A stretch of 64,000 bases of DNA from Spirochaetaceae bacterium (GCA_007128315.1 SKXQ01000023.1:12842-76841); one strand, 5' to 3'. Shown: positions 1 to 9,702, counted from the first letter of the stretch. The notes: generated by a model from the sequence alone, not told the origin. Numbers and translations: made by a program.

Positions 1-69
1 CCAGCTGAACGGAAGGACGGCGTATACCGCAAACAGAATAAAAACGAATCCTACGATGAGTGCTACCAT
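1..69 (-). CDS. Hypothetical small membrane protein, N-terminal fragment (runs off the left edge)
   Basis: ATG at 69-67 with GGAGG about 10 nt upstream (80-84). Translation MVALIVGFVFILFAVYAVLPFSW is a hydrophobic helix. Absent from the ORF track because it has no stop in the window. Confidence 0.35.
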   Translation of the reverse strand, partial: MVALIVGFVFILFAVYAVLPFSW

Positions 70-143
70 ATGTATTGTTCCTCCAGAAGTAATATCGCCT
101 ACATTCAGGTATTTTTTTCAGGGTGTCAACCGGACGATTTCGG

Positions 144-443
144 TCACACCCTGTTTCGTGCAACCATAATAACAAACGCGCAGATGAAAAACAGCATGGG
201 CGCGCTGCTGATCAGAACCCGCCCGAGAGGAACGCCTGCGAATACGAGGCCATCCAGAGCAACAAGGCCGAGGAGCTCCAGACCGCTGAACACCAGTGCG
301 CCGTAATGGGCGACGGTTCCGATCACGATGAACATCCAGGCAGCGTCTCGGGTTCGAGACCACAGAAGAATCGCGAGAAAGGTCGCTACCGCTCCTACGA
401 GGAGCTGTATACCCAGAACGACCGCTGATCCCCCCATTTCCAT
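144..443 (-). CDS. Hypothetical small integral membrane protein (about 3 TM helices)
   Basis: The 99-aa ORF is almost entirely hydrophobic helices. Its start overlaps the upstream gene stop (TAATG), which suggests translational coupling. Confidence 0.55.
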   Translation of the reverse strand: MEMGGSAVVLGIQLLVGAVATFLAILLWSRTRDAAWMFIVIGTVAHYGALVFSGLELLGLVALDGLVFAGVPLGRVLISSAPMLFFICAFVIMVARNRV

Positions 444-1309
444 TAGCTGCTCCTCTGTGTTTCGTGAACCAGACGTGTAATACCCGCGCGTTCACCGGGA
501 GACAGTTCCTGCGGTACGATACTCACGCCACCCGTACGAGGTGACAATACCACCTTTGCGTCAAGAAATCGAGCGAACAGGGTGTCGTATGCCGCATCGG
601 GCAGCAGAGGCTTCACGTAGGGGCCGGCCCGGTGCCATAGCGACGAGTCATCGAAGGCCTGCAGGACCCGGAAGAGCTCAGCTCCGGTCGCCGGCCAGTG
701 CGCATGTGCGTCGACGAGGTCGTACACTGCTCGTACGGCTGCCGCCAGAAGCGGCTCCGACGGTGGCTGTCCCATCCCGGGTACTCCGCTGTACACCGTC
801 TCGACGCCGGGAGACACCCCGGGCAGATGCAAGGCGTAGACCCCTGACCCGATCATAACGGGAACCGGCACGAGCAGCGCCCCGGACCGCGACGAATCAG
901 ATGTCGAAAGCAGGGGGCGAAACAGCGCGACGCGAGCAGGAATACCGGTCTCCCCGGTGCAGGTATCGGCGGGGTCGACCGGATCAGCGAGGCACCATCC
1001 GGCACGCCCGAAGCTTCGGTCGAGCGCCATGTGCACCGCCTCAGCAGACGTGAACAGCTCCCACGGGCCGGGGCACCCGGTCATGGTCGCAAGCGCACGC
1101 TCGAGGCGTCGCTTCCAGCGTCCCGGAAGCGCCCCTGCCTGTCCGCGGGCGAGCGTGTTCTCGAACGCACGTCGCACGCGTTGCGGAGCGTGTCCACCGA
1201 TCGCTCTGCCGTCCTGAAGCCACATATCGAGATAGCGCAGCCCGCCGTCGGCGTAGAGGCGATATCCGCGGGCGCGGCGTATGGGTGGAATGCGTTCGTA
1301 TCTATTCAT
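443..1309 (-). CDS. Hypothetical protein; N-terminus resembles the start of class-III aminotransferases
   Basis: 288-aa ORF in an operon with the helicase (8-nt overlap). The N-terminal ARGYRLYADGGLRYLDMWLQDGRAIGGHAP resembles the G-x-YLD...LGH-x-P pattern, but the protein is too short for a full PLP enzyme. Confidence 0.5.
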   Translation of the reverse strand: MNRYERIPPIRRARGYRLYADGGLRYLDMWLQDGRAIGGHAPQRVRRAFENTLARGQAGALPGRWKRRLERALATMTGCPGPWELFTSAEAVHMALDRSFGRAGWCLADPVDPADTCTGETGIPARVALFRPLLSTSDSSRSGALLVPVPVMIGSGVYALHLPGVSPGVETVYSGVPGMGQPPSEPLLAAAVRAVYDLVDAHAHWPATGAELFRVLQAFDDSSLWHRAGPYVKPLLPDAAYDTLFARFLDAKVVLSPRTGGVSIVPQELSPGERAGITRLVHETQRSS

Positions 1310-3509
1310 CTATGCTCACTCGCTCAAGCGGAGTATAACGCGGAATGAAGGTTGCGATCCGTCCGTTCTCGAAGCCGACCCGCACCATTACGTTAGTACC
1401 TTTTCGCCAGCGCTTCTGCACGACCCCGAGACCGTAATCGTCGTGATACACGCCTGCTCCCGGCGGAAGATCATCCGCTTCTTCCCAGTCTTCGGCGTCG
1501 GAGGCGGAACGCAGGCGGTCCGAAACCGTGCCGCCGGCCGCCGGGATGCCCTGTCGGCCGAAACCGGGATCACCTGATGCTGCCGGAATGCGGCGCGACG
1601 ATGTGCCCGACCCCAGGGTTTCGAGCAGCTCAGGGGGGATCTCGCCGAGAAACCGGGACGGAGCGTACTCGGTGATCCGGCCGTAGAGCCGTCGGTAGCG
1701 GCAACTGGTCAGATACAGTTCGTTCTCCGCCCGGGTCACCGCGACGTAAAACAGACGTCGTTCTTCTTCGATTTCACCGGGGCCTTCGTCAGCCCCCCGG
1801 GGAAAGAGGCCCTCTTCAAGCCCGGTGATAATGACGCGCGGGAACTCCAGCCCTTTCGTGTTGTGCATGGTAATGAGGGTAACCGCTTCACCGTCCTCGG
1901 CTGCAGTGTCGCGATTCGCGTCCAGCTCTATCATCTCGAGAAACTCAGCCAGCGCCTCGCGGCCTGATCCGTACAAGCCGGCGGCGTTCACGAGTTCATC
2001 AATGTTGGCTACCTTCCCGCTGCCCTGATACTCATCCTGGCTCGCGTGATATTCGCGCAACCCGGTTTCTTCAGCCGCCCGCTCCACGAGCACCGACAGT
2101 GAGCTGCCCTCCACCGCACCGGTAAGCGATGCAAAGACCCCGTCGAGCTCCGCCCGCGCCTTTTCGGCTTTCTTCGTGAGCCCGGGCACTGCGGCGGCAA
2201 GCGCATCAAGCAGATCACCGCCGCCTGCGAGAGCCACGTCGACTATGCGATCTACAGACTTGAGGCCGAGACTTCGGGCCGGTTTGTTGACAATGCGACG
2301 AAAACTGACCTCATCGCGGGGATTGGCGAGCAGTCGCAGAACGGCAAGGACGTCCTTGACCTCCTCACGCTCGTAAAACCGCAGCGTCCCTACAATGCGG
2401 TAGGGTATACCGCGCCGCAGGAACTCGCTTTCAAACAGGCGGCTCTGTGCATTCGTCCGGTAGAGAATTGCTGTGTTGCTGTATCGTGCATCCGCCTGCA
2501 GAATGCGCACGCAGAACTCGACTTCGGCCTCTGCGTCTGACAGGAAGGCAAGCTGTGGAAGCGGTCCGTCTTCGCGTTCGGTCCACAGGCGTTTGCCGAG
2601 CCGCCCTTCGTTGCGCGCGACGACCTCGGAAGCCAGATTCAGTATGCTGCCGGTAGAGCGATAGTTCTGTTCCAGACGCACCGTTGTCGTCCCTGGATAC
2701 TGTTCGTGAAATGTCAGAATGTTACGGACTTCTGCTCCGCGGAAGCGGTATATGCTCTGATCGTCGTCGCCGACGACGCAGAGATATGAGTCGGAACCGA
2801 CAAGCGCCCGCAGAAGCTCGAACTGCGCGACGTTCGAGTCCTGATACTCGTCGACCAGAACAACCCGGAAGCGCTGCTGTATGCGGGTCCGCACCGCTTC
2901 GTCACGCCGTAACAGCTCAAGAGGGCGAAGAATCAGGTCTCCGAAGTCGACGTTACCGATCTCGCGAAGCCGTTCGTGGTAGCGCCGGTAGACATCGCGC
3001 AGTTCCTCGTGCTGATGCGTGACCGCCGACAGGTCATTACCCGGATAGAGCGCGTAGTCCTTGGCACGACTGATCGCTCGTGACTGCGCGTTCAGGTGCG
3101 GTTTTGACTCATCGGGAAACAGGGATCGCAGCAGCTGCACCACGTCATCGTCGTCGTAGATCGTAAAGCCGGCAGGGAGTCCTGCGCGTTCGTGATTCCG
3201 GCGCAGGAACCATGCACCGAAGCTGTGAAACGTCCGGATCATGCACTCTGAGGCTCCCGGGGCGAGGGATGCGGCGCGTTCACGCATTTCCCCGGCTGCC
3301 TTGTTGGTGAAGGTTACCGCGAGAATGGACCGGGGTTGTATGCCACACTCCCGAATAAGGTATGCAATCTTGTAGGTAATGACGCGGGTCTTGCCGGAAC
3401 CGGCACCAGCGAGGATCAGGAGCGGCCCGCCCTGATGTCGGACGGCATCGAGCTGTACCGGGTTCAGGCCGTGAAGGTAATCAGGAATGGTCTCAGGCAA
3501 GGATCCCAC
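1302..3509 (-). CDS. ATP-dependent DNA helicase, UvrD/PcrA/Rep family
   Basis: LNPVQLDAV, Walker A AGAGSGKT, DEYQDSN (motif II), QNYRS, TMHNTKGLEFP, and a C-terminal Tudor-like tail (VYHDDYGLGVV). Confidence 0.93.
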   Translation of the reverse strand: MGSLPETIPDYLHGLNPVQLDAVRHQGGPLLILAGAGSGKTRVITYKIAYLIRECGIQPRSILAVTFTNKAAGEMRERAASLAPGASECMIRTFHSFGAWFLRRNHERAGLPAGFTIYDDDDVVQLLRSLFPDESKPHLNAQSRAISRAKDYALYPGNDLSAVTHQHEELRDVYRRYHERLREIGNVDFGDLILRPLELLRRDEAVRTRIQQRFRVVLVDEYQDSNVAQFELLRALVGSDSYLCVVGDDDQSIYRFRGAEVRNILTFHEQYPGTTTVRLEQNYRSTGSILNLASEVVARNEGRLGKRLWTEREDGPLPQLAFLSDAEAEVEFCVRILQADARYSNTAILYRTNAQSRLFESEFLRRGIPYRIVGTLRFYEREEVKDVLAVLRLLANPRDEVSFRRIVNKPARSLGLKSVDRIVDVALAGGGDLLDALAAAVPGLTKKAEKARAELDGVFASLTGAVEGSSLSVLVERAAEETGLREYHASQDEYQGSGKVANIDELVNAAGLYGSGREALAEFLEMIELDANRDTAAEDGEAVTLITMHNTKGLEFPRVIITGLEEGLFPRGADEGPGEIEEERRLFYVAVTRAENELYLTSCRYRRLYGRITEYAPSRFLGEIPPELLETLGSGTSSRRIPAASGDPGFGRQGIPAAGGTVSDRLRSASDAEDWEEADDLPPGAGVYHDDYGLGVVQKRWRKGTNVMVRVGFENGRIATFIPRYTPLERVSIDE

Positions 3510-3520
3510 GACAAGCGGTT

Positions 3521-4690
3521 TCAGTAGCTCGCGATAGCTGCAAGCCGCGGACTGCCGGTATCCCTGTCGGCAAGGCCAACGAGCACGCTCGAGACCTGTC
3601 CGGGACCACCGAGCGGCACCTCGGTTCCTTCAACGCGCAGGGATAGCGCTGTCGCGTTCGAAGCCGCAACGAAGACATGCTCTGAGGCGGTAAGGTCGAT
3701 CTGCTCGCCCTGCTGCAGAACATACTGACGGGTGTCACCGTCGTCGACACTGAGACGGACGAGGACCAGGCGGTTCGCATTCAGCGTAAGCGAAAACGAC
3801 GGCGCGGTAAACGCGGATCGTATGGTAACCGTTGCCCGCTCACGCCTTTCCACGCCCGCCATTCCCGCCGGAGGAAGCTCCGATCGTACCGATTCCTGCG
3901 GGACGCTCGCGATATCCGTGCCCATGGCTACCTGACGATCGATGCGAATGACCGCCTCGGGTGGTGAGGTATCGAGCATGACATTCCGTACAATGACCCG
4001 GATGTCGGGGTCACCGGAGCTGTTGAGATCCACGAGACCGGCAGCACCCTGAGGAATGGAAACGGTTCCGCCGGGGAAACGAACGCGGACCTGCTCGCCT
4101 ATGTCGTCGAGCGACAGCGGCACCTGTTCTCCGTTTATGTCTACGACAAAACGTTCACCGCGGAAGAAGGCACGCTCGAGGACATAATCGGCACCGAGAT
4201 CAACGATATCACCGGACCGCGCGGGGCCGTTCTGCGCACCCGTGGTTCCAGCGCCCGCGGTGCCCTCCTGCGCAGCCTGTTGACCGCTGCGTTCGGAACG
4301 GGCGGAGAACACCGATGCGACATCGGTGAAGAGAAACAACGCGGAGACGGCCGCCAGGACGAGCACGACGACAACCGTTACAATGACCGTCGACCGCAGC
4401 CTGCGATCGCGCCCGGTATCGAGCAACTGGTCCATGGGGGCGGGCTGTTCCTGTATCTTGATGTTGCGGTAGCGGTTCAGTATTTCGTCAGATGGAAGGC
4501 CAAGATAGTCTGCGTAGTTTCTGAGAAACCCTACCAGATACGGCTCCCCGGGGAACACCTGATAGTCGTCCTGTTCCATTGCTTCGATGTAGCGCTTAGC
4601 GATGTGGGTATCACGCGCTACCTGTTCGAAAGAGTACCCTTTGTCTTCGCGCGCAACTCGTAATCGGTCGCCAATGGATTCCATAGTCAC
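3521..4690 (-). CDS. rodZ: RodZ-like cytoskeleton-associated protein (N-terminal HTH, single TM, C-terminal beta domain)
   Basis: N-terminal IGDRLRVAREDKGYSFEQVARDTHIAKRYIEAMEQDDY HTH, one TM helix (VIVTVVVVLVLAAVSALFLF), then an extracytoplasmic C-terminal domain. This is the RodZ architecture. Confidence 0.65.
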   Translation of the reverse strand: MTMESIGDRLRVAREDKGYSFEQVARDTHIAKRYIEAMEQDDYQVFPGEPYLVGFLRNYADYLGLPSDEILNRYRNIKIQEQPAPMDQLLDTGRDRRLRSTVIVTVVVVLVLAAVSALFLFTDVASVFSARSERSGQQAAQEGTAGAGTTGAQNGPARSGDIVDLGADYVLERAFFRGERFVVDINGEQVPLSLDDIGEQVRVRFPGGTVSIPQGAAGLVDLNSSGDPDIRVIVRNVMLDTSPPEAVIRIDRQVAMGTDIASVPQESVRSELPPAGMAGVERRERATVTIRSAFTAPSFSLTLNANRLVLVRLSVDDGDTRQYVLQQGEQIDLTASEHVFVAASNATALSLRVEGTEVPLGGPGQVSSVLVGLADRDTGSPRLAAIASY

Positions 4691-4715
4691 CCGTGTTCAA
4701 GCCTGTATTATGGTT

Positions 4716-5483
4716 TCAGTTCGAGCTGTCAAACAGAAAATCTTCGAATGTACTGGAGGCTGGTGGTGACACATACTCGAACCGACTATCCGGCAAGCCC
4801 TGATTTACCCGGATATTCGTGAAGTCAAACTGCACCCTGTTCAGATCAACGGTCGTCCCGACGATTCTCCGTATGCGATAATTCGCGTCCACGCTGACAA
4901 TCAGCTGCCGGTAGCCCTCATCCGGTGTCGATGTGTCAAACCTGAGGTTCACTACCGGCGTGTCGGGTCCGACGGGCTCTATATAATTAGCCGTTGAATT
5001 GACCCCGACAAGCTCGGGAGACGCCTGAAATGCGACCGAAAAGTTACGCCGCAGCAGCGCAAGCCCCTCCGCCGTTGCAATGCCACCCGGAGCATCGGCA
5101 GTCGTACGAAGACGCTGACTGAGAGTTGTATTCAGGGACGGAACATGAACCCTCAGAAACTGACCGTCGGTGATAATGAACTGGTCCTGGGGATCGGTGA
5201 ACTCGATGTTCATGAGATTCGGTCGGCGATGATACATCGTACCAACCATGCGTTCGCGTTCGGTGGTGAATACGATATCCGCCATGTAGTCTTCAAAACC
5301 TGCGTATTCCTCGCTGACCCGCTGCAGAAACTGACTTGCGGTGCGAATCTGCTGTGATGATACGGGCGCGATTGTAAAGCCAAACAGGATGAGGACGATG
5401 AAAAATCGGTAACTCTCGCGATTATGAAGCAACATCATTCTTCGCAAGAGTTTAGTATGCGTGCAGGCTATCGTGTCAATCAC
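4716..5483 (-). CDS. LolA-like outer-membrane lipoprotein carrier / sorting protein
   Basis: Signal anchor followed by a LolA-like pattern (MVGTMYHRRPNLMNIEFTDPQDQFIITDGQFLRVHVPSLN). 4-nt overlap with the upstream gene. Confidence 0.6.
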   Translation of the reverse strand: MIDTIACTHTKLLRRMMLLHNRESYRFFIVLILFGFTIAPVSSQQIRTASQFLQRVSEEYAGFEDYMADIVFTTERERMVGTMYHRRPNLMNIEFTDPQDQFIITDGQFLRVHVPSLNTTLSQRLRTTADAPGGIATAEGLALLRRNFSVAFQASPELVGVNSTANYIEPVGPDTPVVNLRFDTSTPDEGYRQLIVSVDANYRIRRIVGTTVDLNRVQFDFTNIRVNQGLPDSRFEYVSPPASSTFEDFLFDSSN

Positions 5484-6232
5484 CGTGATCTGAGGTCCCT
5501 GATGCGATCACGCAGCTCGGCTGCACGCTCATAGTCTTCTTTCACGACGGCCTTCTCAAGCTCCACCTCGAGTGTTTCACCGGGGACCTCGTCGCTCACA
5601 ACCGTAAGCTGCCCGATGGCAGATTTCAGATAATGCACACTCCGTATACGCTCGAAATGAAAGGCTGGCGAGTCCAGATCCTCCATGGATTCGATGAAGT
5701 CTATGGCGTTCTGAATCAGGCGCGCAGCCTCATCCATACGGTGGGCCTTCATGGCAATCATGGCCAGAGCCATGGCGTGAAGACGCACAATATACGGCTT
5801 GTACTGCACGACAGGCTCACGCAGTTCGACAAGCGGACAGAACTGTTCGAGTATTTTGCAGATTCGCAGATTGTGCTCGGTATCGGCCGTCACCCGCTCG
5901 AAATCATTCCGCTGGAAGAGGAGCAGATAGCGATAATAGTAGAGAACAGCCTCTTCCTGCAGCATTTCGCACTCTGAACGCGAAAGTTCATACCCCACGT
6001 CGGAACCATGCAGCTGCCGGTACTCGGCGATCTGTGACTCGAGATGCGCAAGGACGCTGCTGAACCCGAAAGGCAGCGCCCCGTCCGGCCGGTTCGTCAG
6101 CTCATACTGCTCTACCCCGAGTGGCAGTCTGACCTGCAGAACAGGGCGTCCGTCTTCCGCCGACACAATCCGCGTGGTATTCTCAGCATCATACGGCCAT
6201 TCCTCAAAAACAGATGTCAGGTCATGGTTCAT
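5480..6232 (-). CDS. UVR-domain-containing protein (UvrB/UvrC motif at C-terminus)
   Basis: The C-terminal LEKAVVKEDYERAAELRDRIRDLRS is a classic UVR motif. The rest is helical with unknown function. Confidence 0.6.
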   Translation of the reverse strand: MNHDLTSVFEEWPYDAENTTRIVSAEDGRPVLQVRLPLGVEQYELTNRPDGALPFGFSSVLAHLESQIAEYRQLHGSDVGYELSRSECEMLQEEAVLYYYRYLLLFQRNDFERVTADTEHNLRICKILEQFCPLVELREPVVQYKPYIVRLHAMALAMIAMKAHRMDEAARLIQNAIDFIESMEDLDSPAFHFERIRSVHYLKSAIGQLTVVSDEVPGETLEVELEKAVVKEDYERAAELRDRIRDLRSR

Positions 6233-6375
6233 CGGCTATCTCACATTGGCTCGGGCCAGAATGGATATATCGTAGATTATAGCGCAGCCCGCGCAAAAGC
6301 ACTAAAAAGACCGCACAAAACAGACCTTTCCCTGCTTGCAGGCAACGTGATCAGAGGCTAGGATGTGAAACAGAT

Positions 6376-7065
6376 ATGAAAACACATGTTTTGTCGCTCG
6401 GTGGAAGCATCGTAGCCCCCGACCAGGTCGATGTAGCCTTTCTGCGGCTGTTCAAGGAACGCATCGGTGGTTTCCTTGACCGCCATCCCGAGGACCGTCT
6501 CATCCTCGTGATTGGCGGTGGCGGTCCTGCCCGCCACTACCAGAACGCGCTGCGGGCGCTTGCCGGCGACGCCCCGCCGGAGCAGCAGGACCATGTCGGC
6601 ATAGCGGCAACACGACTGAATGCCGAGCTCATCCGCGGTATTTTCCTGGCCTACGGTGACAATCAGCTGGTTACCGATCCTACTGCCGAGCTCAGTTTCG
6701 AGGGGCGGGTACTGGTAGGAGCGGGATGGAAACCCGGGTTTTCGACGGATTTTGACGCCGTATGCCTCGCCGAGCGCTATGGAGCTGATACCGTCGTGAA
6801 TCTTTCGAACATCAAACAGGTGTATACCGCAGATCCTTCGAAAGACGCATCTGCGAAACCGCTTGTGCATATTTCCTGGGCCGATTTCCGGAAAATGGTC
6901 GGAGACACCTGGAATCCGGGGGCGAATGTACCCTTTGATCCCATCGCCGCACGACGGGCCATGGAGCTCGGATTCAAGGTGATTGTCGCATCCGGACGAA
7001 ACCTCGACACCGTCGAGGCCATCCTCGAGGGAAAGCCAGACTTCCTTGGTACGACGATAGGCTGA
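6376..7065 (+). CDS. pyrH: Amino-acid-kinase-fold protein, archaeal-type UMP kinase-like
   Basis: LSLGGSIV, VIGGGGPARHYQ, GWKPGFSTDFDA, VYTADPSKDASAK. Length (229 aa) and motif order match archaeal-type uridylate kinases. Confidence 0.7.
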   Translation: MKTHVLSLGGSIVAPDQVDVAFLRLFKERIGGFLDRHPEDRLILVIGGGGPARHYQNALRALAGDAPPEQQDHVGIAATRLNAELIRGIFLAYGDNQLVTDPTAELSFEGRVLVGAGWKPGFSTDFDAVCLAERYGADTVVNLSNIKQVYTADPSKDASAKPLVHISWADFRKMVGDTWNPGANVPFDPIAARRAMELGFKVIVASGRNLDTVEAILEGKPDFLGTTIG

Positions 7066-7071
7066 TAACGC

Positions 7072-8613
7072 TCACAAACCCGGAAAAAAGCGGACCGCCC
7101 GGTTCCGAAGCATCTCTGTCTCGGCTCCGGTGAGCCCTCCTGCGCGGAGACTGTACCGCCCGAGATCCACGAGGGCCTGGCCGAAGGCGACAGGCGAAAT
7201 GATCTGGTCAAGAAGTGCAATAGCCTGCTCATACAACCCGAGCCGTGAAAGGAGCTCAACGAGCTCGCCGGTTACCTCATCGATCTGATAATCGGCCTGC
7301 AGCCCGGCGACCCGCGCCTGTTCGGCGATCGCAAAAGCCTCGGTTGTCTCTTCAAGGTCCAGCGACTCCAGCGCGATCGCTACAAGGAGTCGGGCTCTCT
7401 GCGTCGCATCCGGCAGGGCGTCTGCCGCCTCTCGGGCAAGGTCAACCCGCCCCGCACGCACAAACAGCCGCCCGAGCCTCCGCAGCACATCCGAACGGGT
7501 GAACTCATCATCGACATCCCTGACGACAAGCAATGCCACCTCGGCGTTCTGCTCCGCAGTCGCATCCTGACCGGCAGCGAGAAGACGTTCGGCCACATCG
7601 GTAATGACGTCGGCGAGCTGTGCATCTGTGCCCTCAAATGCAATCAGATTGATGGCCAGATCAAAGACGCGTTCAGCCTCATCGGGCTCGTTGCGCTCAA
7701 GAAAGCGGCTGCCGAGCTCGGCAAATCCACGGGCGTAGATACCGGGAAACTCGATAGTTTCAATGACCTGCTCGGCCGCCGCCAGACGCGACATACCGGA
7801 AAGGTCCTCAGCAACCCGCAGGAGAACCGCCGCGTCTGCCGGTGATCGGGTCAGCACGCGCACGTTGTCGATCTCTCTCAGCGCGCGGGCGACGTAGGTC
7901 GCGGCGTCCGACTCGTTTCCGGCGACGTGAAAGCGACGCGCCACCGCCGTGTAGCCTTCGGCACGCAGCCACGGATTGCGTATCCCGCCCACCGCAGTAA
8001 TTGCCTGCTGAACGAGCGTGTTCACCTGCTGACCCAGCCCGCTCGCCTGGTACTGCCGGGCGATGTCCGTGAGCAGCGAAGCGCGCGACGGAAGATCCTG
8101 CAGAATATACACCTGATCGACCGCGCGCACGAGAACGTCGAACAGCTCTTCGCCTGCGATGAACGAGGCGTTGATAACCTCCTGCAATACGACGGTGCGT
8201 ATCGATTCGGACGCACTCTCGCTTTCCCGCAGGGCACGATCGAGCAAAGTTCTCGCCCGTTCGATACGCCCGAGATCGATGAAGGGAAAGGCAAGCTGCA
8301 CGAACACCTCAGCCCGGGCGACGCCAACCTCCTCAGCCTCGGCGAGTCTGACCGCGCGCTCGAGCACACTCGTCGCAGGGAGAATCAGCCCGACGTCGAT
8401 GTACGCCTCGGCGATGCGGGTATAAAGGAGCGCCTGGGTAAACACGTCAGGAACGATCGAGGCGATCTGCAGACTGACCGCAAGAGCGCTGTCGGAGTCT
8501 CCCTCGACCGTTACCGGGGCGGGTTGTGTCTGCCGCACGGTCGCACACGAGGTGAAAAGCACGACAAGAGAAGCCAGAACTGGGATGATACGCGGTCGTG
8601 CCGATCTGTGCAT
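7072..8613 (-). CDS. Hypothetical lipoprotein with TPR-like / helical repeats
   Basis: Signal peptide ending LFTSC (lipobox-like), followed by a long Ala/Leu/Arg-rich repetitive helical protein. Confidence 0.5.
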   Translation of the reverse strand: MHRSARPRIIPVLASLVVLFTSCATVRQTQPAPVTVEGDSDSALAVSLQIASIVPDVFTQALLYTRIAEAYIDVGLILPATSVLERAVRLAEAEEVGVARAEVFVQLAFPFIDLGRIERARTLLDRALRESESASESIRTVVLQEVINASFIAGEELFDVLVRAVDQVYILQDLPSRASLLTDIARQYQASGLGQQVNTLVQQAITAVGGIRNPWLRAEGYTAVARRFHVAGNESDAATYVARALREIDNVRVLTRSPADAAVLLRVAEDLSGMSRLAAAEQVIETIEFPGIYARGFAELGSRFLERNEPDEAERVFDLAINLIAFEGTDAQLADVITDVAERLLAAGQDATAEQNAEVALLVVRDVDDEFTRSDVLRRLGRLFVRAGRVDLAREAADALPDATQRARLLVAIALESLDLEETTEAFAIAEQARVAGLQADYQIDEVTGELVELLSRLGLYEQAIALLDQIISPVAFGQALVDLGRYSLRAGGLTGAETEMLRNRAVRFFPGL

Positions 8614-8757
8614 GAGTTCAGGTCCGGTATCAGCGTAGACAATAGGCGGTGCGTGGTCAACGTTGTAGCGTTCAGGGAAGTCGCACGGACATTCCCGTGC
8701 TGCCGCTTGTCTCGCGTTCCGCTCCCTGATAAGCTCCTGCGGTAACCGTTCAGGAAG

Positions 8758-8841
8758 GCCGGCGTGGCGGAATTGGTAGACGCAGCAGACTCAAAATCTG
8801 CCGCCCGCAAGGGTGTATCGGTTCGAGTCCGATCGCCGGTA
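8758..8841 (+). tRNA. tRNA-Leu (anticodon CAA)
   Basis: Cloverleaf read by hand. Acceptor gccggcg/cgccggt; anticodon stem gcaga/tctgc with loop ctCAAaa; long variable arm; T-arm atcgg-ttcgagt-ccgat; discriminator A. CCA is not encoded. Confidence 0.9.
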
Positions 8842-8960
8842 AGCTTACGACTCGGTTCGTTGCATTTCGATCACGACTGGATTCGATGCCACAGGCGTCG
8901 TTTCCACGGTATCGCATTCGTTCTGGCGCGCCAGTGCCGCAAGTCCCGAACGAAATGCCT

Positions 8961-9318
8961 TTAACAGTCGTTCGTCAACGGTAACGGTCGGTTCCAGAAA
9001 CAGTACTCGAGCGCTTCCTTTGCAGGTTTCCAGTCCCACCAGCCGGAACCTGATGCGCCGCCAGGCACCCCGGCGAGAATCCGCATCGCGGCATTCCGGT
9101 CGCTCGCTCGCGAAACGCGTACGTGGAGCGCGCCGCCTCCGACCTGTGCCTTGAGCTCCCCACTCGTTCCATCAGCGATGATTCTCCCGTGATCCACGAC
9201 GGCGATGCGATCGGTCAACTGATCCGCTTCGTCGAGATGCTGTGTTGTCAGGAGCAGGGTCGCCAGCATGCGGACTACGGTGGTCTTCCCGGCGCCATTT
9301 GGTCCAGGAAGCCCGGAG
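8961..9318 (-). pseudogene. Relic of an ABC-transporter ATP-binding protein (DrrA/CcmA-like), internally deleted
   Basis: The frame reads ...[57 protein letters not shown]. Walker A is joined directly to the post-Walker-B/H-loop region. Q-loop, LSGGQ signature and Walker B are missing, and the C-terminus is non-homologous. Confidence 0.7.
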
Positions 9319-9321
9319 ACG

Positions 9322-9702
9322 CTACTCGTCCGCTGTACGGACGTCGCCGTCGGTTGCCGGGGACTCCCGCCGTCCGAGCATTTCGCGCAGAGTCGCGTCG
9401 AGCGTGCCGGTCATGCGCTCACGGACCGACATGGCGTACTCGGTCAACAGCGAAAACGCATCGAGATCCGCGCTGTAGTCGGCGGGAAGGAGGAGCATGA
9501 AAGGCTCAAGGCCAAGTGCGTCGGCGATACGCGCGAGTGAATCGGCGGACACCCACTTTCTGCCCTTTTCGAGATCCGTAATGTGACCCGGAGAAAGCTC
9601 AGCCCGCTCGGCGAGATACTGCTGGCTGTAGCCGAGTTTTTCCCGTGCAGCGCGGATGTTGCGGCCGAGGATGATCTGCAGGCTGAGTGTCTGATTCTCC
9701 AT
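9322..9702 (-). CDS. XRE-family helix-turn-helix transcriptional regulator
   Basis: [53 protein letters not shown] is a canonical Cro/C1-type HTH. The ORF-track start is a TTG at 9708; the ATG at 9702 is preferred. Confidence 0.8.
   Translation of the reverse strand: MENQTLSLQIILGRNIRAAREKLGYSQQYLAERAELSPGHITDLEKGRKWVSADSLARIADALGLEPFMLLLPADYSADLDAFSLLTEYAMSVRERMTGTLDATLREMLGRRESPATDGDVRTADE

Noticed and set aside
119-153. Hairpin cagggtgt...acaccctg spanning the stop codon of the 99-aa membrane protein gene, next to a T7 run
   Set aside because: In the gene's (minus) orientation the stem is followed by an A-run, not a U-tract. On the plus strand the T-run precedes the stem. It is therefore not a convincing intrinsic terminator, and the next minus-strand gene starts about 75 nt further on. 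It is probably just an intercistronic structure.
8842-8875. Partial repeat of the tRNA-Leu 3' end (tcggttcg) just downstream of the tRNA, as a possible att site
   Set aside because: Only 8 nt match and no second copy was found further away. This is too short to distinguish from chance, and there is no integrase.
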